Origin: Moniliella sp. 'wahieum'
Lineage: Eukaryota
Assembly (NCBI GenBank): GCA_003971905.1
Contig: RSEE01000006.1
Location: forward strand, 744,001 to 808,000
DNA length: 64,000 nt
Direction: 5' to 3'
Positions 38,989 to 52,200 of the stretch are shown one piece after another; position 1 is the stretch's first letter; every line of letters begins with the position of its first letter. Made by a program: the position numbers and the translations under genes. The notes below the pieces were generated by a model that was not told the DNA's origin, made no database searches, and saw only the letters and a program-made list of their open reading frames with translations.

Positions 38989-39848
38989 TGTCACGGGGGG
39001 GTCCCGAGTGGGACCCCCCCTGTAGTTTAGGGGTATAAACCCTTGGACAGGTCAATCGGTGGCTCGTACGTTAGGTCCTGCTCCAGATCCTGGTTGAACC
39101 GAGCGGGTGTAGAGGCTAGGGAGAGACCCTCTAGTTTGGGTGGCTGCCTGCGTGCAAAGGCCGCAGTCCAGACCCTCCGAGGTAGGAGCCGTGTACGTAG
39201 GTCGTTAGACCAGCTGAAGGGGTCCAGGAGCTCCGGAGCTACTCTGTTCCTCGCCGCGTTACCACACTCGGTACGCTGTAGCCGGCGGGAACAGACAGAG
39301 TCCTAAAGAAGAGCAAGCGCTACTGATGTGAGTAACCGCGGCTTGCAGTGCACTCGACGTAAGTCGTAAATTCGTAAGCGTAAGGGTGGTAGAAGGTGGA
39401 AGGGCGAGAGAGGAACTGGTAGTCGGGGAGACCAACGGTAATAGACAGGATGGTCGACCAGGACCACAGCTAGCAAGCCTTAGACATGGCTGCTTATATA
39501 CCCACAGCAGAAGGAACCAGGCCTCGAGTGCCTCATGACAAGTATGGACAGAATGCGGGGCACTTCCCAGAAAGGTAAAGACTAATGTACAGCCCTTGCT
39601 TCCCAAGGCGCTGACGCTGCGTAGTCGGGCGCAGCAGTAAGGGTTCTGCCAAGACTGGACGCAATAGTCACAAAGCATCGTACCGATAAGCCCATGCGAC
39701 CATGGCGGGCCGCGGATGATATCCGCAGCAAGGATAAGGTGTCGACTGGCTCTCTCTCGCTAGTCTATCCGGACTGACGCGTGTTGTACTGAGATGTCTA
39801 CGACATGCGGGGCTCAGCGTCCGGAGATAACCGGAGCGCCCCGTAACA
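38989..39848 (-). mobile_element. Solo LTR (860 bp) with a 5-bp target-site duplication
   Basis: Ends TGTCACGGGG ... CCCCGTAACA (9/10 inverted match), flanked by TGCAT at 38984-38988 and 39849-39853. A minus-strand TATATAAG at 39493-39500 suggests the orientation. Confidence 0.85.
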
Positions 39849-41091
39849 TGCATTCTGATATTCCTTCCTGTTAGAGGACAGGAATAATTCCACAGCCTCT
39901 TTAGCTCTCCGATCTCATCATATGCACATGTGCTATGCAATACACTATCAACTGTTTTCTCCTTGGGTTTCTACAAAGTCAAGGTCAACAGCGCCCATAT
40001 ATCTTCATTGGTCATTTTGTATCTCACAGGCTCCAACAACGATAGAAGAGAGGACGATACTAGTGATGGCAGTTGAAAACTTTTCTCCTGCATAATGCAA
40101 TTTTCGGCACAAATCGGGCCTGTCTCCGTAGGTTTCCCCCCATCCGTGGTGGTGCATACATGGTAATACACCCACAGCACATGTTTTCAAGTCCGGGGTC
40201 TGAGGCCCCATCGCCTGAGGCCTGACAGGACTCATGGGTATCTCGATGTGAGAGAGTTGGCTGTGTGAAGCAGCCGAGCGTTCTTTTCTTTTCTATGAGA
40301 TATAGGTAGGGACATTATACACGAGCAAATATCGTCGAAGAGCCAATATGGCAGAAGAGTTCCGAATCTCGCAGATTGCGGTCCCCCTCCCCCTACTCGC
40401 TCCATCTCCCTTATCTGTCTCTCTCCCTACATAGTACATCAGACGTGCCACAAAACGCTTATTGAAGAAGTTGGAATTTGTAGCTCTCCAGTTTCGCCTT
40501 CGTGCTTTATCTGAAGGCTGCCCGGTATAGCTGCGCTGAGATAATCCCGTAATAGAGGATCCCGGAATGCTACTGTAAGTCTCATTCTAGCAGTTTATAC
40601 AGGGCCAATGGGGCAATAGAGCGGCGAAGGAGACTGCGTTGGACAACTGAGGCAGGTGTGCTATGATATATTAGGCGTCTTTCGTGGCCCGCTTTTCTCG
40701 TTCATCTTTTTTCGTCTGACGTTGATCGCTCTTAACTCTCAAGACTTCACCTCGGTTCTCCAGTAGTCTCCTGTATACAATTGTTAACGCTTGTGGTTTC
40801 TTCACGCTTCAAGCTCCATTCCTCAAAGCTTTGCCTATTTCCTCCATATCCTTTTCGTTTCGGCCTGACTACTTTTGCCTCGTCGGGCCCTGGACTGTAT
40901 ACACCCCAACTATGCACCACAACTATGTAAATAGCTTTTGAGACCCCTGGCCTGTGGCAGAGTCGGCGCATTAAGCAGTAGGGTTGTGCATTTGCATCTG
41001 TTTGAAATTGGAATACTACTCCACACACACTATTGTCAGCCGGTTCAGCGCGCTATCTTCCCACCACCACCTCGTTGCCAGTACAGCATTA

Positions 41092-42092
41092 ATGATGCTC
41101 GATCGAGTGTACGTCGCACGTCATGGTTTCCGAATGAACTGGCAAGGAAAGGAGATGTTCCCGCTCACCGGGCGCCCCCGTGATCCTGTCCTCACTGCTC
41201 ATGGTACGGTGCGTACGCTATCAGCCCTCGTACCCACTGGCTTTGATCTTGACCCTTCTCCATCACTGTCGCATTCCCCAGGAACAAGCAGAGCAGATGG
41301 GCCAATGGTTTGCGTCTCTTCCCGAAAATGAGCGTCCACAAATGATTGTTTCGTCGCTCTACTACCGCTGCCTCCAGACCGCCTTCCCTACCGCACAGAA
41401 ACTCAAGATGCCCATTATGCCCGAGCCTGGTTTGGCTGAATGGTACCCACCTGTCTTTCCGCCGGAGTCGGGAAAGCACCCTTTCCCACCACGCCTTGAG
41501 GATGTGGAAAACCTTTTCCCCCCTGGAACACTGAGTACCGAATGGACCCCGCTGCTGTATGCCTCCCCCTTGGGCGAGTCGACCGAGCAGTTGTACGCGC
41601 GCATGAAGCGTGTCTTCCAATTGCTGGAATCCCGGTGTGAGAAGCTAGGTATCAAACGTGTATTGATCTGCTGCCATGCAGCGCCGATTATTGCGCTTGG
41701 ACGGGCCATTATGGACCTGGACATGGGCCCTGGTGGAAAAGGCTTCTCGGTGGGTGCAGGCACTGCATCTTTATCTCTTTGTCCCGCTAGAAGCCAGCTT
41801 CCCTCTCGGGCTTGCCGGACCCAATGCACCGACCACTACCCCTTCGGCTGCTGGCTCGAAATACCGTTTGGTGCTCAATGGATCGGCGCACCATCTACGA
41901 CAGGGGGTCGAACGCAATTGGGACTTTGACCACTTGCCCGATAACCCAACCGAGCGGGGCAATGGCGAGTGGACCGACGATGCTCGGCCCTCGCGCGAGA
42001 CCAACGGGGACACGGTGTGGATGGAGGATGAACAGGCTGTCTTGCACTTTGACAAGGATGGCGTCTCGGTCTTTGAGGGTGTAAAGCTCTAG
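41092..42092 (+). CDS. Histidine phosphatase / phosphoglycerate-mutase-like protein (resembles the Tfc7 N-terminal domain)
   Basis: VYVARHGFRMNW..TGRPRDPVLTAHG, intron at about 41207-41281, SSLYYRCLQTA, EPGLAEWY, VLICCHAA, GVERNWDF. One indel near 41780. Confidence 0.88.
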
Positions 42093-43264
42093 CTGGGCGT
42101 GTTCACGCTAATGGCAACGGCCTGGATTCGGTGAACGCGCCGCGTTTATCACAGAGTACTCCTTCTAAATCGCACTGAAGTGCGCGTCTACATGCATACT
42201 GCTTCCTGCATCATGGTGGGGCGAGGCCCCATGATGGAGTTTACGTGCCAGAAGGCGAGGGGAGGGGGCATCTGGCAGCGTGGACACATGTGACACTCGG
42301 CCATGGTTGATGTGAACAATCACGTCAGCCTGCGTACCCACGGCTTTTTCATAAAGTCGCCCATATTTCCTTCCCTCATGGTGTTGAGGAGACTGGAAAG
42401 CAGTTTGGCCAAGCACAGTCGTATACGAGAGGGTAGGGTCCTCGGTCTGACCGGGTGGACAGGCGATGTGCACAGTGTATTAGCGCAACCGAGCCTGCGT
42501 CCCGAAGAAGCCAACGTGCCACACCTTTCCCCGTCTGCCTTTTGTCGGCGATGGATTCATGTGGTGCGTAGCTGAATGGGTAAAGTAAGAGATCCCCCCT
42601 GACGCGTGACCGCCCAAGGTCGAGCTGCAGTGGTGGAATGCGTCCGCACCAGACGCCGAGTCCTGCAGCCATTACGCCGCTCTGGGCAGGGCAAAAGAGG
42701 GCGCTTTACTTGGCCCTATAGCCAGCGCGAACAGGGTCAACGACATGAACTGTCAAGGGTTTGTTCCGCTCAAATGCTCGCCTTCTCAGGTTTTGCGCGC
42801 CTGCTCGCGCCCCCCCAACCGCTCCACTTGGGTGCACTTCTTCCGTACGCCGCTCTTCTCTGCCTCTTTCGCATGATTGAACACATTCTTTGAGAGGCTG
42901 GTCAACCTTCTCATGCCCCATTCAGCCTCTCTGCAAGCTAGTTGTCCATGATGCTGGAACGGTGGACTGGAGCGGTGGACTGGACAGTGAAACGGTCGAG
43001 GATGAGCGCGATGAGCGCCCGATGAGCGCTGAGCCTCAGCGCGCTGGGCCTGGTCCTCTTGTCTCTGCTCATCGTATTGAACCAGCGCGCAATGAACATT
43101 ACCTTGCACAGTTTGCGCATATCGCACCGCTCGACATGCTTAGTCTGCTTCTGGCTGTTGGAGTGTTAGACCACTTGGTGTGATGGCTTGATCGGCCACG
43201 TCGCTGGCAAGCGGAACTGGCTATAGAGTTCCGCGACTCGCCCGCTCTGGATTGGTTACCGTCG

Positions 43265-43517
43265 CGTCCTCGTTCCCAGGCTCCTTCCTCTTCTCCCAGT
43301 TGCACTGCAGGTTGGACTAGCGTCAGTAGTTTACGAGAAGTTATATCTGACTGTTCCCACCCTGCACAGGTGAGCTTCCTGTTCTCTCTCTTCTTGTTCT
43401 CGTCCTGTTTTCTGGCGCTTGTCCTTGTCCACGGTTGCATTGAAGGTTGGACTAGTGTCAATATGTCAATGGCTTACGAGAAGCTACTATCTCTGAGCGT
43501 ATTCCCACCCTGCACAG
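43265..43517. repeat. Diverged tandem duplication (about 135-bp unit)
   Basis: GTTGCAcTGcAGGTTGGACTAG..TTACGAGAAG..TTCCCACCCTGCACAG occurs twice, ending at 43369 and 43517. Confidence 0.8.
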
Positions 43518-43712
43518 TGTAAACGTCCTTAGCTTGGTAGGGTAGCTACTTCTCCTATACGGAATACTTCTCAGTTAACGTTAAAACGTGTAACGCGCGT
43601 AACGGACAACCGCGGTTCTGTCTGGGCTCCCATTGGTGTGACCGATTCATAGCGCTGAACCCATTGATCGCCTTGTCTAGTGTTCGACGTTCGCCCTAGT
43701 CGGCTAGCCCCC

Positions 43713-44011
43713 TGTCACCGAATGACTAAGCTCGCTCCAATTTCCAATTCCTCCTGTGTCTCTCGCTCTTCCCTTCCCTTTTGCTTCTGTTCTCTGCCTG
43801 ATGCCTTCTGTTTCCTCCCACGAACGATCTTGCCTTTCCCCCCGCCTCTGACAGGACCTTGGTCTCCCTCGTTTAGCCCCGACTGTTACATTATCGTTCG
43901 TGGGAGGAAACAGAAGGCATCAGGCAGAGAACAGAAGCAAAAGGGAAGGGAAGAGCGAGAGACACAGGATGCGGAATTGGAAATTGGAGCGAGCTTAGTC
44001 ATTCGGTGACA
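43713..44011. mobile_element. 299-bp foldback / MITE-like element with long terminal inverted repeats
   Basis: Arms 43713-43828 (116 bp) and 43893-44011 (119 bp) are exact reverse complements except for one 3-nt indel. 64-bp spacer, termini TGTCACCG..CGGTGACA, CCCCC on both flanks. Confidence 0.9.
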
Positions 44012-44597
44012 CCCCCATTCTTTCTTGAGCGACTAGTGAAAAAGTCATGTGACATGTGATGTGAGACTGGTCAGTTCGGGACTTCCACAGACGTGTGATT
44101 TGCGGCGGCGCCTGACGCTGGCCAGACGCCAGGCAATCCCAAGCCCATCGCGATGGCGGGCAGAGACGGGAGCAGCACTGCCCCTATGCCAGCATGACAA
44201 CACCGCAGGGTGCAACCCTAGTGCAGAACGGCAACAAATTTGTAAGCGCAGGCGGGCAGTGTGTGTGAACCCTTCTCTCGCCTGGGGCCTCGGCCTTACC
44301 CGGACAGCCACTAGTCACTAGCCTCCCTGCGCTGTTAGTTCCTTAAGCGCACATCATCACACGCAACCGACAGCTGCCCCTGCTGCCTCCCCCCCGTGCT
44401 TGCCTCCTGCTCGCCGTTCGTTGCTTCGTTCGTTGCGGCGTTCGTTGCGGCGTTCGCTGCTGCTGCTCTGCTCCTTCTGCTGCCGCCACCGCCCCCCTCC
44501 CCCCTGCTCCTTCTGCTGCCGCCACCGCCACCCCCCCCTTGCGGTTTCTGCCGCCGCCGCCGCCGCCACTCCCGCCACCAATTCCGCCACTGCCACA

Positions 44598-45963
44598 ATG
44601 CCCTTCGACGCCATGGACATTCCCGACGACGACTTGGACCTCGACGATGGCCTCTTCCCTGCTTCCCAGAGCCGACGGACCGGTTACGTTGCGGCTGCTC
44701 AACATGCCATGTCCAACCGCCGGTCCAAGCATATCCATGCTCACCAGCACAGCCTAGCAGGCCACCCCCAGTCGCCTTTGGCTGCTGATCCAGCGATGCA
44801 GGTCGACCCTTCGCTCGAGGCATTGGCTGCTCAGACTTCTACGTCTGTCTCCACTCACGCCTTACCCCCTGCTGGGGATGCTGCCTTGACGCGCAAGGCT
44901 CAAAACCGTTTGGCCCCGCGTTTCGTCAGCGCAAGCAGGAGTACATTCGTGCGCTTGAATGCCGTGTTGAGCTTCTATCATCTAAGCCGGCGACGCAAAT
45001 TGATCGTCTGCGGTGGCTCCTGCGGCAACTGATGTTCGAGAATGCCAAACTGCGGGTCATGCTCGGTGTGGCGGCACGGATCGCGGCAGATGGCAAGGGT
45101 GGGTTTCTCGGCGCCCACAATGATGTGCGTCGCGAACTAGAGCAGTTTGTGTTTAACCCAGATGAGCAGCGCTCTCTCAGATCTTGGGACCCCCCTCTGA
45201 CGACAATGATGGTCACAACGTACTGAATGTACTTCGTGCTCACTCTCAATTACCCCCTGAGGCATCCCTTACCTCCGTTCACTCCGGTCGCCATCGCCCT
45301 TTACCCACACTGCCCGATTTGCGCAAACCACCTCCCAAGCGACAGCGCAAACGATCGGCAGCTCGTAAAGACAGCAAAAGCGAACGCAGTGGTTCGGCTT
45401 CTCCTTCACCTTCGCCCTCTCAGCAGGAGACTGTATCTCCCACCTCTGGGTCTGTGCTTCCTCCAGCTGGTACCAATTCCTCTGCTCTTGTAGCTGCTGC
45501 CGCTGCCGCAGCTAAAGCTTCTCCTGCGTCTGTCGTTCAAGGCTTGCCCGCTTGGGGGTCCAATCCTTGGGGCCAAATAACTGACTGGTCGCCCCAAGGC
45601 ATGCTTAATGCAGCCTCAATGGCTGGCGCGCAAGGGCAGGGAATGGCTATGGGTGCATCAGTACCCGCGGTCTTTGCCGCACGCTATCGAGCCAGTATGT
45701 CTCTTGCGCCTGAGCAGGGGGCCCTCCCTGGGCTCGGCTCGTTCGGATCGATGCCAAGTGCGGCTCTCATGAACCAAGGCCAAGGCCAAGGCACAGATCA
45801 AATTCAAGGCCAAAGCAAAAGAGATTCCCTAAACACTACTGAAGGGGCGGCGCAGACGTATGTCGCCATGCCTGCGTCGCCTCCTGCGTGGTGGGGCGAG
45901 CATGTCGAGGGACATTCACCCGCTGCTGCCAATGTGTTCGATAACAGAGCCGAAGTTTCCTGA
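44598..45963 (+). CDS. bZIP transcription factor (AP-1/Yap-type basic region); indels present
   Basis: ALTRKAQNRLA then, across an indel, FRQRKQEYIRALECRVELL..IDRLRWLLRQLMFENAKLRVML, followed by a low-complexity S/P/A/Q tail. Confidence 0.85.
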
Positions 45964-46305
45964 TCTGCTGTGCGTTTCTCTGGCCTGCCCATGGCCGTCA
46001 GGCCTCAGGCTCCAGGTGAAGTCTTGGGCTTTATATGGTGTCTATATGCTGTTTCCCTGTTTTTTACCTCTCGTAATCCATCCGTCTGCACCGCATGCCG
46101 GCGAGTCGAACGTACTGCAACCCGACGACGTAACCTGTAACCACGTAACCATGTCCTCGAGCCAAGATAAGTATGTACCTCGAATCCAGAAGCGAAACGA
46201 GCATCACACATCACATGTCGCATTGATCTCGCTTGGTTGTAAAAGTATCAATTGTGGAGGGGCATCGCAGTGTGCGTTTTGGTGCCACACCTGCTCCTTC
46301 CTACC

Positions 46306-49084
46306 ATGACGCCAGCGGCTGGCGTGCGGGTCCCACGCACAGCCACACGCACCGGCCACCTGGCCCTGGCTGGAGTTCCTCTCCCTCCACCGCGGAGGCG
46401 GCCAGCATTGACCTCGCCACGCCCCGCACTGCCTGCCTCGCTTCCGCCACTGCGGCCGTCTCCAGCACACGCATTTTCTACTTCTTGTGCCTCCCCCTCC
46501 CCCTCGACGCGTCCCGACCCAGGCCTCGACACAGCCCTCCTTCAGTCCTGGCTTGCTGCCGTCGGTGCACACTCTCTTCCCGATCTTTTCCGCCTCGCTC
46601 CCGCCCTTGAGCGTGAGTTGCGCTGTCCAACGATCCCGCAACTCTGATCCATTGTACGATCCTTCTTCTCGCTATCTCCTTGCTGTCCGTGATGGCCTTG
46701 AGTGTGCGCTCCAGGTCGCCGCGAGTCCCGAGATGAAGGGCGTTAGCGCCTGGCCTTCCCTATTGGCCCATCATCTTGCTCGCATGATCCCAAGGGATCT
46801 CCTTTAGTCTTCCTTTAGCCCAACGCACCTTTCTGCTTTGCTCCACGCAGTATCCAGCGAGGCGGGGGCTCCATTGGTCTAGGTCAACGCTCTGACTTTT
46901 CTGGAGGACCATGAGGACATGGCATGCGACCCATCGTGGTGGGTACAACTCCTGGCAGCTCTCGTTCTGCGAGGTGATCTGCAGTGGCCAAATCAGTGCT
47001 TGACAAAGTATGAGTCGGTTTCCTGTTCTGGCTTCGTTCCCTGACTCGGTCAAAGACGCATCTCTCTTGCCCTTGGTTGCCATTGCGGATACAATCAATT
47101 ATCAACTTGGAACACCCACCGACCTTCTCACCAGCGTGGTCGAGGCGTGCAACCTCTCCACCATCCCCACTGACGATCTGAGCCAGGCCCTGCACTTTTT
47201 GTCCCTTCCCAAACTGAAATCAAGCACAGGAAATCGGCTTTTTTCGGAACTCGCGAGCGTGCAGACCGGACGCAGAACTGTTATGGGCAGCTGGCCTACC
47301 TTGCTTCCGCCTTCGTGGATCCAGCTCAAAATATGGATACGCTCTGGTCAGCAATCTCACCCCCCAAGAAGGGGGATATGATACCAACGATCTGTTCACC
47401 AATCTCTTCCTCCTTTCCGTGTGGAACAGTATCGACCAAATTACAGACTACGATGAAGCCCTCGCCTTGATCCACCAGGCCGAGCATGTATTTGGCCGCC
47501 CAGCGCCCCCTATGGTATGGGAAGCCTGCGTGGAGGGTATGCTGGGAAACCAGCCATATGCGTGGTGGAGATCTCCCGTTTTCTCCTTGACCACCCTGTG
47601 GCAGGCAAGCACGGAGTGACCGCTCTCTCGCCCCTGCGCGTGATTGAGGCCGGCCTTCTTTTGGACCGAGGAACATCTGCCCATGGGCCATTGCCTGCCG
47701 GGGTGGACGAGGATCCTAGAGACGTTTGCAGGCTTCCTTGTTCCTGATCGCGAGGCCATCTTTTCTTCCTGGAATCACGTGTTAGTCCAGTACTCAGCCC
47801 CCCTCTCCCTCTCTGGTGGTGGCGGCATGTTCGAGGTGATGATTCCATTGGTATTGGAGCGAGAAGGGTTGAAGGGGCTCATCAACTTGCTGCGCGTGGC
47901 CGAGGCGAGGCAAGAGCTACTTTCTGTATCACAACTTGGCTCTCCAGCTGAATATGTGGCGTTGGCCACGACGGAGGAGGAGCTGCTTTCCTTTCACCGT
48001 ATCCTGGTCAAACTGGTTTGGCGTAGCCTGGTCGCACCGGAGCCACCTCGGTGGCACGTCGCCTACCTGACGGCTGTGATCAACCACCGATTCCCTCTGC
48101 ATAATCGAAGGGGTACGCTGCTTCCGTGGGACTTGCTCTTTCGGGAGAAGGTTTGCTGGAGGTATGCCGTGGCCTACGGAGCATAGGCCGTGCGCCTGAC
48201 GGAGTACAGTTTGTCAAGCTTCTAAACCATGTCAAGCGAGCTAGCGCACGGGAAAGCGATACGCGTCGCTCGATGGGATCTAGGGACGATTCGATGGCAC
48301 AGGCTGTGCTTCGCCAGACGGGAGAACACGTTGTGGCCCTGCACACTGCGATGCAGGAGGATGCAACAGTGGAGCCAGACATACGATTGCTCAATACCTT
48401 GATGAACGCCTACAACTTTGCTGGGGATGCCGACGCGCTCTTGGCATTTGGTTTTCCCTCTTACAGGATCGACATGCTATCACGCCTGCCACCCTGTCTA
48501 TTCTCTTTGATCTTTGTGGCTGGGCTCGGCGTCCACAACCGGCAACGCGAGCTTGGAATTGGGCTCGTTCGATGGATCGGGCCAAGGACGAAGCGGAACG
48601 GCCAAAGAGGCGATTGGTATCGCCACGGCTCCCGCCCCTGGCACCGACGCAGCCCAATGAATCCCTTTCCCGTCTCCGACCGGGACAGTCCAATGCACCC
48701 AATGATAACGCCAGCTCACGGCAGTGGATGGCACGCGACACGGCTCGGTTGGTCAACGATCACGTCAAACTGTCGTACCTGGAGATGCTCTGCCGCTGTT
48801 TCCTCTTCCGAGCCGCCTGCGATCTGGCGTGGGGGCTTGTGGAGACGGGCGAAATGGAGGGAAAGGCGGGGGTGGAGCGGGAGATGTGGAGCGTGCTACT
48901 CAAGTTCTTGGCGCGCAAGCGCGACCGAGTGTCGGATCCGTCCGAGCAACGAGGGTTGTACGATGCCCTGCGGGCGCGCATCCGCTCCGAACGACGGCAT
49001 ATTTGGGACGATGCGTTATCCCGCGTCGGGAAAGATCTGCGGCCAACAGGGAGAATTCGGGGCAATTACGATGATGAAGTGTAG
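46306..49084 (+). CDS. Probable PPR-like helical-repeat protein (possibly mitochondrial); heavily frameshifted
   Basis: PDIRLLNTLMNAYNFAGDADAL, PMVWEACVEGM and NDHVKLSYLEMLCRCFLFRAACDL resemble PPR repeats. Arg-rich N-terminus. Confidence 0.55.
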
Positions 49085-49272
49085 CATGGAGTATCGTCGG
49101 GTAGGCGTGGGAATGGCGATGGGGCTGCAGGGCAGTCAAACGGGGCGCACACCCCAGACAGAATAAATATGCCGCGTCCTACCGCACCCCGGCAGCTGCA
49201 ATTGAAACAATCCATCGCGCTTACCCGCAGCTCGTGCCCACCTCCATCACCACTGTCGTCGCGTCTACCACC

Positions 49273-52200
49273 ATGCCCGCCGCTGGGGGCAGCAAGCACA
49301 GACAGGGTGGTGCCGGACGCCCCGCTGGGAAAAATGCACCCGCTGGCAGTCTCAAACCCGAGCCTGTGTCGCTTGCCTCACTCAGCATGGACGACTTCAT
49401 CCGGCAGGCTCATATGGCCCTTCAGGTGCCTGGGAGCCATACTGACATCGAGCAGGCGCTGCAGACTCGTGCCTCCAATCTGCGCATCATCGACAACCAC
49501 TGGCCCTTGTGCGTGTTTTTTCGTGTTCATTTCCACCTCCGTCCCTGCCGCTGCCGCTGTGCTGCTTGCTGTTGTCGTGTTCGCCGTCGGACATACTGAC
49601 CCACACCGTCTCTCCAGCTGCCAGGTCTGCAAGCTGCCCTGCACCTGCAGCGCAGCACCAAATGCTCGCTGATGGCGTCAACCAAACATTCCCTTTGCCA
49701 ACCGCGGCGACGGCAGCGACCCAGTTCTCGCTGGCAGCGCTGGGGGGCTGGCTGCGGTGCACCGAGTGCACCGCCAGCCTCCACTTCAAGTGTCTACCCA
49801 AGGACCGCCAGTCCAGTATTCTTAGCGATATCAACGAGAAGAATGCAACGCTGGCGCCCAAGGGCCGCAGAGCACCCGTCCTGACCGGTCTTCCTTCAAG
49901 CATGGTCCGTGAGGACATCCCATGTTTGACGTGTTACGAAGAACCGGCGCTGTGCTTCATCTGTGGCCTGGATCCCGTTGGCCGTTCCTCTCGAGAGGCG
50001 GATGAAAAGTGGGGCCAAGAGAGCGATGACGACGTGTCGGAGCTAGGCGACTACGCGCGGCCCGTGTTTCGCTGCCGTCGGTGCAGGCGCTTTGCCCATT
50101 ACGAGTGTCTCGTACCCACTTACCACAGTGCACCGGGAACCGAGCATGCCGCTGCATTCCGTGCCCAGCTCCTGGAGCATTGGAATTGTCCGGATTGCTT
50201 CAAATGGCCGCAGGTGGAGAAGATTTTGGCCTGGCGCAAAATGGGCCCTGAAAGCGCCGAAAAAGTTCTCAAGATGTACCATAGCACTCCACCCGAGAGA
50301 CTTGAGCTGCTCACACGTGAGTATCTCGTCAAGTTTACCAACGAGTCGTGGCGTTCAAGCGGTTGGGTTCCGCATATTTGGTTAGAGCGGGTCTTCCCTG
50401 CCCTGCTCAAGTCCTTTCTCGCTGAGCCAACCCTTCGTTCCAAGCCAGGACCGGTTCCTGCCCAGTATCCCTTCGTGGACAGGCACCTACTATACGGACA
50501 TCGCCAATGCCGACAAATGGGAGCAACTCGAACACAACCCAAATGAGCCTTGGGTGCACTACCGCCCTCCCCACCCCATCGTAAGGACGCGAGTCCGACC
50601 AGCGGGGGTAAGAAAAGACCGGAAGCAGACCCATCGGCAGCGAAGCGCATTCCAGCCAGTTGGAAAGCACCTGAGCGTATTCTTGATGTTTTTTATCGCG
50701 CCACCATCGTTCCTGTAAATGAACAGCTGGCTGAATTGGGGGTTCGTATGACGGAGAAGTCGCTGGATCGATTGCGCAAGTGGCCAGCAGGTCTGCCCCC
50801 CCGCTCGGTCAACGGACTCATTCATATTTCCCAGCTGGAAGGTACCCAGCTTCTCAACCCGGCCGAAGCGCAAACTCGATAGCCCATGTTGCGTGGGTGC
50901 TTGTCAAGTGGGTTGGATTGGGCTATGGAGATTCATCGTGGATTGAGTTGCCGTGGTCCAGCCTAACTGACGGAACGTATCGCAATCAGCTACTCGAGGC
51001 TTACTACTATCACCTCAACGCCCGTGATGTCCTTGTTCGCACTCCCACACGCGACGAAAGGAAGGGCATCACCGAGACGGAAGCTAGTCTTCAGGCTGCC
51101 AATGCTGGGCGCGTTCTGGCCCAATACCAGCAAGATACGGTCCGCGAAATGATGCACTTATGGACCCAGATGCGCTCTGTCCTTCTGACGGATGATTCGG
51201 GGATGGGGAAGACGGTTGAGATTGTTCAGCTCATCTCATGGCTCTATACTGTCCGTGAGGTCTCCCCTTTCCTCCTTCTCGTCCCACGTCATACTGTTGC
51301 TCATTGGGCTCGCGCCTTCCGCCTCTGGCTTCCATCTGCCAACGTTGTGGCGGCTCACGGGAATCACAAGATACTGGAGGCATACGAGCTCTTCCATCCC
51401 ACATCGGAAATCACCTCCATGCCCGGCCTGACCGATCTCAAGGCGGAAATGGTAGTGGCAGACGCGAACGACCACGTATTGATGAAAACGTTGAACCGCC
51501 GGGTTAAACATTGGGAGCTGGTCGTCTTCCATGCTTCTGCCTGTGCAGATCTCGCTCGTGGAGAGGATGTGGGACGGATACCGTGTTCGAGACGCATCAT
51601 CTTCTCCGACACCACCTTGCCCCCCTCTCTTCTCCCCAACGTATTCCACGCCGTTCGTGCCGCCGAATCGTCTGGCCGGGCAATTGCATCTGACAGCGGA
51701 TCCCGACGGATGGAGATGGAAAAGGAACTGGAGTCTTACTGGCTCCGTCGGGGACGTACCGAGCTTTTGACCGGGCACGGATTGAGCGTGACGGAACTGG
51801 TGGTAGCGACAGCGCTAAAAGCTGCGCAAAAGGAAGCATATCAAGCAATTTTGAGCCGACACTTGGAGGATATCAAGAACCTATGTGCCCCGGCCGCTCG
51901 CGCTACCCCCAAAGCAACCAAGGATGGTATGCTTGCTATCCTCTTTGAGCTGCTTCGGGTGTGTCAAAACGCGTTTCTATGCGGGGACAAAAACCTCAAT
52001 AGGGATCACATTCCCAACCCCCCGGTGACCCGGTTGCTACAAGGGAGCGCCAAGCTCATTCTCCTCAGTCAGATTTTGCGTGGCTTGGACAAGACAGGGC
52101 ACCGGTGCGTGATTGTCACGTCCTTAACGATGGATCTGGATGTGATTGAGGAGCTAGTGCTTTCGGAGCACTACAACTATCTTCGGATTGACCGAGAATC

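Noticed and set aside
42165..43200. Short ORFs between the His-phosphatase and the foldback element
   Set aside because: No motif recognised on either strand; left unannotated.
44380..44597. Low-complexity GCC/GTTC repeats upstream of the bZIP start as a separate element
   Set aside because: Consistent with ordinary 5'-UTR microsatellite and short duplications; no termini or TSD.
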